The position numbers and the translations under genes are program-made. A stretch of DNA of 63,716 nucleotides, the filler included. It is 8 parts of 8 records of this genome, joined end to end, with 100 filler letters (N's around TTAATTAATTAA, not from the genome) between each part and the next. Parts side by side here need not be neighbours in the genome. Positions count along the whole stretch, not along the records: positions 49,232 to 58,124 come from SRR31147125_37231; positions 58,225 to 63,716 come from SRR31147125_37436; 6 more parts are not named here. One strand, written 5' to 3'. This document shows positions 54,501-63,716 of this stretch, one piece after another. Below the pieces are notes generated by a model that was not told the DNA's origin, did not search any database, and was given only the letters and a program-made list of their open reading frames with translations. The first letter of the stretch is position 1. The number at the start of each line of letters is the position of its first letter.

Positions 54501-57500
54501 AATCACGTCACTCCCAGGCGGCGGCGACGGCAGGGGAGGCGATGGTGTTACAAGTTGACATTGCAACGACGTCTCGACGCCTAGTCCGATACTCTCCACG
54601 GAACCCTGGGAAGATCCCAGCAGGGCCGAGAGAGTCAGCGTATTCCCTCCATAGATGGACCCTTGAGAGGGAGCCACAGCGTTGACTACAATGTCGTCGT
54701 CAAAGATCGTTACGTTGAGAGAGGAGGGGGAATGAGGGTGTCCCACAACTCATCGGCCGATGCAAATCGTGGAACAACAGTTTCAACGCGTGTTCCTTGC
54801 ACAAGTGTATCATTGAGGGCCGTCACAAAAACCTCCTGCGGAATGTCCCACGTCGAAGCGTCCAATACAACAACAGGGGGCTCGATCGTCAACAAGCTCA
54901 GGGATTCATCCAGAAGGATCGACACAACATCTTGACTGGAACGTGGTTTCGATGCCAGAGAGACGAAGAAGGTGTCGGATACCCCCTCAAACAAACTCAC
55001 CGAGGTCGGCGACAGATGCAACGATGCGGTTTCGTCATCTACCACATCAATGGAGACGGCTGCACTGAGAATATCATACAAGGAATCCGCTGATGTGGCA
55101 GTCAACGATATGGGTACGTTCCGCTCGCCTTGCAATAGATCATCATCCACAGAAGCCACCACAACCGTCTGAAGACTATCCCAATTGGCTGGGGAAAAGA
55201 CCACAGACGGGAAAGGTGTCAACGCAACGTCCGACAACGCACTAAGCGTAACAACCACATTTCCGCGTGGTTCGGACTGAAGGGTAACAGTGAAGGAGGT
55301 TGTATCGGCAGATGGTTCGTCAAGAGAAGACACCAAAGGTGAAGTCACAGACAGTCCGGCCGTGTCATCGTCCACAATGGTTAAGATGATATCCACAGTG
55401 GGAAGGCCAGCAAACACAGGATCCTCACTATCAAAGAAATACGATATCACTCCCGTGTACGTATCCCCCAGATCGATTTCGTCCTGAAGAGAGCTCACGA
55501 CCACAGATTGTGGCTCTGCCCACTGTTCGGATCCAAACTCCACGAAACTGGGTTGAATATCGAGATGAGTGGTATTGGGAGTGGAAATGTGCACCGTTGT
55601 GATGGCGGATTGAGGAAACGAGTCAAGAACTACAGACAGCGTCACAGAGGACCCTTCCGAGAGCGTCCGATTCCCCGTGAACGTTGCTCCCGCAGTATCC
55701 ACATCGTGCACGCGAACATCTGCCAAGGACCCCGTCACCTCGTTGAACAGTTCCAGGGAACTGTATAGCGTGAAGTTCAAGGACCCCAACTGAAATTCTG
55801 GAGAGTCGCCAATGTCGATGAAGTCATGGACAGGGAAAATGGGTACACTCTGTAGGACATCCCAATTGCTTGCGTTGAACGTGAGTGTCTGGTTGACCTC
55901 GAGGGTTACAGGGTCCAGCCAGAAGACATCGCTCGTGATGACCTCAACAACACACGTCACCACGGGTGCAGACCCCTTTCCCAGAGGCGGCATCGCTGTG
56001 AGTTGTACGCCGAAGGAGGATGGCAAGGATGTCTCACTGAGGTCCAGTACGGCGGGAACCGTCATAGCACCAGCCACATCGTCGTCGATTATGGACAGGG
56101 GAAAGGAAGTACCCACCTTGGCCCACAAAGTGTCTTGTGTGGTCACATGGAGGTCAATATTCATATTGATATCTCGAATTTCGAAATCATCAATGGCCTC
56201 CACTGTCACCATTTGGATATCTGTCCAATTCGAAGAAGTGAAGACTAGTGTGTCCGGGACAAATGCCAACCAAAGGATGGAGATAGGCGTGCCTAGACGA
56301 AAACCATCTGATAATGAAAATTGTGTCTCCGTAGCTTGTACGAGCTGTTGCATCGATGACTCTGAATCTCTCACTGAGGTCGCCGTAATCATCACCGTTA
56401 TAATGGTCTCAGGCAGAGGTTGTCTGCTAAGGGATACCTCGAAGGGAAATGTCCCTCCTTCGTCCACGAAGCAGTCAATTTCGCCGCACGGGAGTGCCTG
56501 ACCCCCAACCGTCACCCCGGGGTCATCGTCGTCCACAATGGTGAAGGCGAGATCGTCACCACTTTGTCCATCAAAATGTGCATCCAGAGAGGTTGTCTGT
56601 AATTGAAGAACGCCCGGTGTCTCCCCTGATACGACAAGATCATCCACAGACGTGATGATGATGGGGAGACCCACATCCCAATCCGTCTCATTGAGGAGAC
56701 CCAGAAAGCCGGACGGTTCCTCTGTGCCATTCACGAAAATATTCAATTCAGTAGATCGATTGTAGGACACAGACACGGGAAGGAGCGGAATTGAGCTGAG
56801 ACGAATAGTTGCAAGAAGACCTGCACTTCCCTCATTCACAATACCATCCACAACGTCATGAACCGCTTTCGCCACATCGTTGTCGGAAATGGGAATGTCC
56901 ACCTCCATGTCAAAAAGGGAATCGTACTCGGGATCACTGGAAGCACTTATAGCGATCAGGACACGACCAAACTGTGCGTCTTCCACAAGATTGTCATCAC
57001 GCGCCCCCACAGTGACCACGACTGGGATATCCCAATTGCTATCATCGAGGAAAATCTCTGACGGATCCACCGTGGATACTTGGCTTTGTCCTTGTAGAGT
57101 CGCCACGAGCGGGTCGATCGTTATGTTAACAAACACAGAGGAGAGAAGAGGTGGGGTAGCGAGACGTAGCGTGAAACTTGCATCACTTCCACCCTCCTCG
57201 GCCTGGGTTTGTGACGTATTGACAAGAACAGATGCTGCAAGATCCTTTCTGTGAGATGGTAGTGTATCAATGTGTATGTGTGGACGCACCGAGGTCGTTC
57301 TCCAGGACGAAAAAGGAGGTGCTGAACGGAATCGAGAGAATGTCGGCGAATGGGATATCCACTTCAGTGGCAGAGGTTATTTGGGCTACAATGGTGACTC
57401 GAAACTCGCTTCCGTGGTCAATTAGATCTTCAACGGCAAGCACTTCGACCGAAATGGGTTGGTCCCATGTCGTTTCGTTGAACATGAAACCTTCCAGAAA

Positions 57501-58085
57501 GATCCCACCCGATCCAAACTGAACCACATCAAAGGAATCCTCTGCTTCGAGGGAAAGACTGACGGAAATCGTGCCGATCGGCTGGGAGGAGAGCGAGACG
57601 TCCCACATAAACGATTCCCCCTCAGTAATATTCACTGTCGGTCCCAGTGTGATTCCTGCGACATCATCATCTTCAATCGTTATACTGAAGACAGTTGCAA
57701 GGGGCGTATCCCAGGCAAGGTCATCACTTAGACCGTACAGTTCGATGGACGCAGTGATAGGGGGCACCTGATCAATGGAATTGTCCAGGACATTCACAGT
57801 GAAGTCCTGCACTTGATCCCAGTCCGTCGGCGTGAAGGTGAGCACCGCTGAATCCACAGTGATAGGTCCCGAGTCACTCAGCATAATGGTGACAATACTG
57901 ACCGGCTGGGACACAATGTGTACGGACCATACCAGCGTATCGCCTTCGTTTGCGTCGGCAATTGAGCTGTTAGGGGACACGAGGGTGAGAGCGGCGACAT
58001 CGTTGTCGATGATTGGGATCTCAACGCTGTCGAGGGGTGGTGGCAAGGGATAGAACACAGGAACAGCAACGTAAGAGTGTTTGAT
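51599..58085 (-). CDS. Giant eukaryotic membrane protein: at least 9 Calx-beta-like repeats, 2 IPT/TIG, FN3, EGF, TRP(Pkd2/Flc)-like multi-TM domain (5' truncated)
   Basis: ORFs 57267-58058, 54710-57289, 54420-54746, 52090-54432 and 51599-52216 link via introns (57235-57289; 52164-52216 with CTAAC) and two homopolymer frameshifts (~54725, ~54465). Exact C-terminus uncertain. Confidence 0.72.
51712..51755. repeat. (CAG)n-type low-complexity repeat
   Basis: GAGCAGCAGCAG units; encode AAAAPAAAPAAAAAP on the minus strand. Confidence 0.6.
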
Positions 58086-58124
58086 CTACGAGGGGACGGC
58101 GCACATGAATAAGGAGGAGACACG

Positions 58125-58224
58125 NNNNNNNNNNNNNNNNNNNNNNNNNNNNNNNNNNNNNNNNNNNNTTAATTAATTAANNNNNNNNNNNNNNNNNNNN
58201 NNNNNNNNNNNNNNNNNNNNNNNN
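58125..58224. other. Artificial contig spacer
   Basis: N-run + TTAATTAATTAA + N-run. Confidence 0.97.
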
Positions 58225-58764
58225 GAAACGGCTTATAAAGGGAACGCTGTTGATTTTCAGGACATCATCGCACAAATCAAGAGTGTGTCCCCGGAAATTG
58301 TCTTTATCCCCGGATATTCCAGAGACAGCGGACTTTTCATAAATCAGTCGGTGATGCAGAAGCTGGATGCCGTTTTTCTGGGAGCCGATGCCTGGGATGA
58401 CATTGCGCGTTACGCCGGTGAAACATTGGACGGCAGTTATCGTTCCGCCATGTGGCATCCAGATATTCAAAATCCGCGCAGCAGCCGGCTGCAAAAAGAG
58501 CACAACAGACGATATGGATCAACCCCCATCAACTACAGTGCCGTTCCCTGGTACGATGCATTCATGCTTCTGAAAGACGCTGTGGGCCGGGCCGACACCC
58601 TAGATCGGTCAAAACTCCGGGACGCATTGGCTGCAACCGAAAATTTCCAAGGGGCCACCGGCGTATTGTCATTTGACGAAAATGGCGAAGTTGTGCCCGA
58701 TACCATGGTGATTCTCAAATATGAAAAAGGGCGTGAGACCTTTTTCGAAGCCGTCACCCCATAG
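58225..58764 (+). CDS. LivJ-like ABC substrate-binding protein (5' truncated)
   Basis: PEIVFIPGY, FLGADAW, YDAFMLL, FQGATGVLSFDENG. Confidence 0.8.
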   Translation, partial: ETAYKGNAVDFQDIIAQIKSVSPEIVFIPGYSRDSGLFINQSVMQKLDAVFLGADAWDDIARYAGETLDGSYRSAMWHPDIQNPRSSRLQKEHNRRYGSTPINYSAVPWYDAFMLLKDAVGRADTLDRSKLRDALAATENFQGATGVLSFDENGEVVPDTMVILKYEKGRETFFEAVTP

Positions 58765-58768
58765 GAGT

Positions 58769-60854
58769 TTGAAACTGAGTCGCTTGAGATTGAAAATCAG
58801 TGCCGCTGTCATTGCAACGGGATGTTGTATTCTTCTGGGGGTTGTGGCGGGGATGTACCCTTATGAAAAAGAACGGCAGCAGGAATATCTTCAAAACATC
58901 CATACGTTGCTCAGTGCGGTGTTCGATCAAAAAAATGAGCAGTTGGCCAATGAGATCTACTCCCATCAAACAGAGGCGTTGGACTTCTCTCTAAAAGAGC
59001 TTCGAGCGGTAAAAGAGGTCTCCCATGTGTTGATTTATAATCTTGACGGAGAGCTTTCAGCATTCTCTTCAGATGATTCAATTCCCATCCCCCCCAACGT
59101 CGCTCGTTTACCCACCCCGCCTTTTGACACCATTCCGGATTTTCAACAGACGCAATATCAACGCATTCGTTTTGCAGAGTTTTTTTCTCCAATTGAAGTC
59201 ATCGGTGTCCATGTGGGCTACATCAGAGTCCTGTATGATCTGAGCCGATTTTACAAAGAATCCCGAATGGTCTTTCTCTATTTCGGGGCGCTATTCCTTT
59301 TGTTGGTTCTGGTCATAATTCTTCTCAATTTCTTTTTGACCCGTTCTGTGATCACTCCGGCATTTCGATTGAAAGATGCCATGAAGCAGCTGCAGGAAGG
59401 AAACCTGGATGTGCGGTTGGCTGTCAACGCGAAAGACGAGATCGGTCAAATGGGGTCGGCATTTAATGAAATGGCCCGTATGCTGAAAAATCAACATGCG
59501 GCGCTGACCGATGCCATGGAGACCAAAGATGCCTTTGCTCGAAAGCTGGCAAACTCCAATGATGAGTTGGAGGCGTTGAACGAAAATCTGGAGCATATGG
59601 TGAAAGAGCGTACCCGGGCCCTTTCCGAGAGCAATCGGCAACTGCAAGCGGAAATGCAAGAGCGTCAACTGACCTACCGGAAAAAGAAAGAACTGGAGCA
59701 GCGGCTGGCCCGGTCTAAAAAAATGGAAGCATTGGGGCTCTTGGCCGGCGGCGTGGCTCATGACTTGAACAATGTCCTCTCCGGAATTGTCAGCTATCCG
59801 GACCTGCTGTTGATGGATGTGGAACCGGCCCACCCCATGTATGGTCCCATTGTCACCATTAAAAAATCAGGACAAAAGGCGGCGGCCATTGTCCAGGACC
59901 TTCTCACATTGGCCAGAAGAGGGGTGGTGGTCAATGAGGTGCTCAATCTCAACGATGTGCTTTCAGATTATCTCATGTCTCCGGAGCACCACAAGATAGA
60001 GATGTTCCATGCCGATATTCTTATTGAAACACGAATGGAGGACGATCTTTGCAATATCAAAGGCTCATCCCTGCATTTGAAGAAGAGTGTCATGAACCTC
60101 GTGTCAAATGCTGCCGAAGCCCAGCCGGATGGGGGAAGCATCCGGATTGCCACCTACAACCGGCATGTGGATACCCCCATTCCCGGCTATGAAGAGCTTG
60201 GGACGGGTGATTATGTGGTCCTGGAGGTTCGCGATTTCGGGATAGGGATCTCAAAAACCGATCAAGAGCGTATCTTTGAGCCCTTCTACACCAAAAAAAG
60301 TATGGGAAGAAGCGGTACCGGTCTCGGCATGGCCGTGGTCTGGGGAACGATTCAAGATCACAAGGGATACATCCATATCAAGAGTGAAGTGGACCGGGGA
60401 ACCTGCTTTGAACTCTTTTTCCAGCCACTCGGAAATTACCGACACGTCTTATTCAACAGAATGCTCCCGTTATTGACGCTTGCATGGGAGGGCAGCAGCG
60501 GGTGATGATCATCGATGATGTGCCGGAACAAATTGAAATCGCCACCGTCATTCTTAAAAAGCTGGGATATTACCCATTGTCCGCATCCAGTGGGAGGAGG
60601 CCGTCACCTATCTGAGATCCAATACGGCCGATATCCTACTGTTGGATATGATCATGGATCCCGGTATAGACGGGCTGGATACCTACAAGAAAATTATTGA
60701 AATCCATCCCGGTCAAAAAGCCATCGTCGTATCCGGTTTTGCGGAAAACAGCCGGGTCAAGGAAGTACAGGCTCTTGGAGCCGGTTCTTATCTCAAGAAA
60801 CCCTATACCATTGAAAAGTTAGGGCATGCGCTGAAAGCGGTTCTGGAAAATTGA
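58769..60854 (+). CDS. Hybrid sensor histidine kinase (2 TM, HAMP, HisKA, HATPase, REC), frameshifts at ~60420 and ~60593
   Basis: DEIGQMGSAFNEM, LAGGVAHDLNN, NLVSNA, FEPFYTKK..GTGLG; REC fragments IIDDVPEQ, LDMIMDPGIDG and KKPY. Confidence 0.87.
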
Positions 60855-60878
60855 TCGGCTTCGGCCCTCGCTCCATGA

Positions 60879-61814
60879 TCATGAATTTAAATAGGAGACG
60901 CCGATATAGGCGGCAAACATAACGATAAATGCCATGCCGGATAGTTTATCGATCTGTTTTCGAAAATAGCCGATGACAAAAAGCATGATCACAATAAAGA
61001 CCATGAGGGGAAATTCAAAATAGAGCAGCCGGGTATCAATGGACATGGGGGCCAACAGGCCCACCGTCCCCATCACCATACAGATGTTGAATAGATTGCT
61101 TCCCACCACATTTCCGACGGATAGATCGCTCTCGCCTTTGGCTGCAGCAACAGCTGATGTGGCCAGTTCCGGCAGCGAGGTGCCAAGGGCCACCACGGAG
61201 ATACCGATAAATGCTTCGGAAAGTCCGATCTCTTTTGCCATGATGATGGCGGACTGCACCACCATATCCGCGCCTTTGGCAAGCCCGGCAATACCGCCGA
61301 TGATCATGAGAAGATTGAGAAATATTTTGTTTTTGGATTTGGGTTCGGATGCGCCGTTTCCGTTTTTATCCCTTGCCTTTGTAATCCCGTAAACGAGAAA
61401 AAAGAGAAGCATGACAAGCAGCAGGGCACCGTCAAATTGACCGATGCTGCCGTCAAGACAAAGTCCCCAGAAGAGAAGGCAGGATCCCAGCATGTAAGGG
61501 ATGTCGAATCGAACGATTTGTCGGTTGAGCGCAATGGGTTTGAGAAACGCACTGAGACCCAGAACCAAAGCGATATTGATGACGTTGCTTCCCAGAATGT
61601 TCCCCACGGATATTTCGCTGGAGCCTTTGATGGATGCCACAAGACTCACCAGAAGTTCCGGTGCGGAGGTTGCAAAAGCCACCACCGTCAATCCTACGAT
61701 AACGGGGCGGACTGCAAAAATGAAGGCGGTGGAGGCCGCTCCCCGAACCAGAATTTCGGAACCGAAATAGAGTAGTGCCAGTCCCGTAACCAAAAATATA
61801 AATTCAGTAAACAC
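60879..61814 (-). CDS. Ca2+/Na+ antiporter (CaCA, YrbG family)
   Basis: Two alpha repeats: ATSAPEL...GNILGSN and GTSLPEL...GNVVGSN. Confidence 0.92.
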   Translation of the reverse strand: MFTEFIFLVTGLALLYFGSEILVRGAASTAFIFAVRPVIVGLTVVAFATSAPELLVSLVASIKGSSEISVGNILGSNVINIALVLGLSAFLKPIALNRQIVRFDIPYMLGSCLLFWGLCLDGSIGQFDGALLLVMLLFFLVYGITKARDKNGNGASEPKSKNKIFLNLLMIIGGIAGLAKGADMVVQSAIIMAKEIGLSEAFIGISVVALGTSLPELATSAVAAAKGESDLSVGNVVGSNLFNICMVMGTVGLLAPMSIDTRLLYFEFPLMVFIVIMLFVIGYFRKQIDKLSGMAFIVMFAAYIGVSYLNS

Positions 61815-62223
61815 GTTTGGTTCTCCGTTGATTATGCCGTTCCCGGCTGAAGTGTCCTTGCCTTCAAAAATAAATTGTTATAATACTTTCGGTTGAGAAC
61901 GCTTAAAAAGCGTCGTGCTTGTTCTAGATTTGTCTTGCCGTAGCGATTTCCCCCATCCTCTTCATTCATGGAGAAGGCGATCCGGGGGGCAGGCTGTGTA
62001 GCCAAATCCGACATCTTGAACTTGAAGCACAGCAGACATATGCAGGATCAATCACTGTTTCTTTCAAATCAATGGATAGATGAGGAAGAGAGGTGAAGGA
62101 ACTCAGCGTCGCTGATTCCCAAATTGCAAAATGTATGACTATAAGACAGTTATTCGATCAAATCAATCACTAATGAAAATAATCCGATCAACGGACTGAA
62201 ACAATCCATAGAAGGACCTTTTA

Positions 62224-63236
62224 ATGAAAAGAACTGTGATAAAAGGAACAGGGCGGGCCATTCCTTCCCGACTCGTCACCAATGATGATCTGGCAACCAT
62301 GATGGACACTTCGGATGAATGGATTCAGCAGAGGACCGGTATCAACCAAAGATATTGGATTCCAGAAGGGGAAACCATGGGAGCATCCGATCTTGGTTTG
62401 GAAGCCACCCATAAAGCATTGGAAAAAGCAGGATGGACACCGGAAGATATCGATCTGATCATATTTGCTACGCTGAGCCCGGATATCTTTTTCCCGGATC
62501 CGGATGTCTTCTCCAGACCAAGTTGGGACTTAAATCCACACCTGCCCTGGATATCCGTCAGCAATGCAGCGGCTTTCTTTACGGCTTGACCACAGCAGAC
62601 GCTTACATCAGAAGTGGGCTCGCTGAAAAGATATTGATTGTCGGGGCAGAGGTACACAGTACCGGCCTGGATAAAACCACCCGCGGAAGGGATGTCGCCG
62701 TACTGTTTGGCGACGGTGCCGGGGCCGTGTGTGTGGAAGGGGTGGAGGCAGACGCGTCCGTTGGCGTGCTGGCATCGGCCCTTCATGCCGACGGCAGTGG
62801 GGCAGACGCTCTGATGCTGGAACTCCCGGCTTCCCGGCTTCCGGATAGGGTCCCTATGGATTTAGAAGGGGATGAAATTGTCCGCTACTTCCCCTCCATG
62901 AACGGAAAGGCTGTATTTAAATCGGCTGTGAGAAGGCTACCTCAAGTGACAAAAGAGGTGTTGGAAAAAGCCGGCGTTGGGATGGATGACGTCAAAATGA
63001 TATTCCCTCATCAGGCCAATTTGAGAATCAATCAGGCATACCAACAGTTCATGAAAATCGATGAGAACAAAATCTACAACAATATCCAGACATATGGAAA
63101 CACGACTGCAGGCAGTATCCCGATTGCCCTTGACGAGGCATTGGAAAAGGAAATAGTAGGAAATCCCGGAGATACCATTCTTTTTGTCGGCTTTGGTGCC
63201 GGTTTTACATGGGGTGGTGTACTTTATGGATTTTAG
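62224..63236 (+). CDS. fabH: 3-oxoacyl-ACP synthase III (frameshift at ~62493)
   Basis: DTSDEWIQQRTGI, QCSGF, LFGDGAGA, PHQAN, YGNT, GAGFTWG. Confidence 0.92.
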
Positions 63237-63300
63237 CCCTTTATTCGTCAAGGATGAGGCGCACCTATGGTTAACAATGAGGCGGAAGGAAAATCCATTG

Positions 63301-63716
63301 ATGGAAAAAGTCGTAGCACTACAAAAAAAGGGGTCTCCATCCCTGTACCGGGATCTGTTTGGATTGATGACGATGTGGATCTTTCAAAAATTTCCGGAGA
63401 GGGCGTGACCCTTTACCCCGGAACTCGGATCATGGGAAAAGAGACGCTCATCATGTCGGGCTGCAAGTTGGGATTTGAAGCCCCGGTGACATTGGACAGT
63501 GTCCGAGTGGGACCCGATACCCGTCTCAATGGCGGCTTTTTCCAAAAATGCGTGTTTGTGGGGAAAAATCTTTTCGGTTCCGGTGCCCATGTACGAGGCG
63601 GAACCATTCTTGAGGAAGAGGCGAGTGCCGCACATACCGTGGGGCTCAAGCAGACCATTCTCTTTCCCTTTGTCACACTGGGGAGCCTGATCAATTTTTG
63701 CGACTGCTTCATGGCC
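63301..63716 (+). CDS. GlmU acetyltransferase-like left-handed beta-helix protein (frameshift at ~63330, 3' truncated)
   Basis: Missed by the ORF track; reads MEKVVALQKKG/VSIPVPGSVWIDDDV...GAHVRGGTILEEEASAAHTVGLKQTILFPFVTLGSLINFCD. Confidence 0.7.

Noticed and set aside
13218..58224. Recurrent TTAATTAATTAA as a biological repeat, and links between genes across spacers (e.g. csrA with the AGGA hairpins, or a eukaryote-bacterium junction)
   Set aside because: These are artificial joins between contigs from different organisms.
1..63716. CRISPR array, cas genes, integrase, transposase, reverse transcriptase or rRNA
   Set aside because: No regularly spaced direct repeats or diagnostic motifs were seen by eye.

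Overview
This window is not one locus. It is eight unrelated contigs joined by 100-nt N spacers, each containing TTAATTAATTAA (stops in all six frames). (1) 1-13217: a type 3 BREX-like anti-phage cluster (brxF, brxC/DUF6079, an inserted Schlafen/AlbA_2-ATPase gene, pglXI methylase, pglZ, brxA-like) directly downstream of tmRNA (ssrA). The expected brxHII helicase is absent; a ~200-nt scar sits in its slot. (2) 13318-18475: gltX, glnS, a thioredoxin lipoprotein and tadA, interleaved with tRNA-Gln, -Glu, -Arg and -Ser. (3) 18576-28402: a structured GC-rich hairpin element, orphan secreted proteins, a SAM methyltransferase and a FadR-MBL-TRAP operon. (4) 28503-34109: Firmicutes-type flagellar genes flgK-flgL-fliW-csrA, then fliF-fliG. 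(5) 34210-41768: two divergent radical SAM genes, three paralogous DUF1566-type lipoproteins (one collapsed to 74 aa), a PEGA protein and the end of kamE. (6) 41869-49131: an envelope/polysaccharide-modification cluster (GT2, YfhO, AAC(3)-like, deacetylase, AsnB-like, CapA). (7) 49232-58124: a compact eukaryotic contig with ~44-64-nt GT-AG introns, carrying a mitochondrial phosphate carrier, RFC2/Rfc4 and a giant Calx-beta/IPT/FN3/EGF protein ending in a TRP(Pkd2/Flc)-like membrane domain. (8) 58225-63716: an ABC binding protein, a hybrid kinase, a Ca/Na antiporter, fabH and a GlmU-like gene. Many genes on most contigs have 1-nt losses in homopolymers, most likely sequencing error; I report them as single frameshifted CDSs. 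All family calls come from motif recognition by eye; no database searches were run. The best leads are the helicase-less BREX-3 variant with an embedded AlbA_2 effector, the protist TRP-like protein with bacterial-style repeats, the AGGA-loop hairpin element and the mini-lipoprotein.
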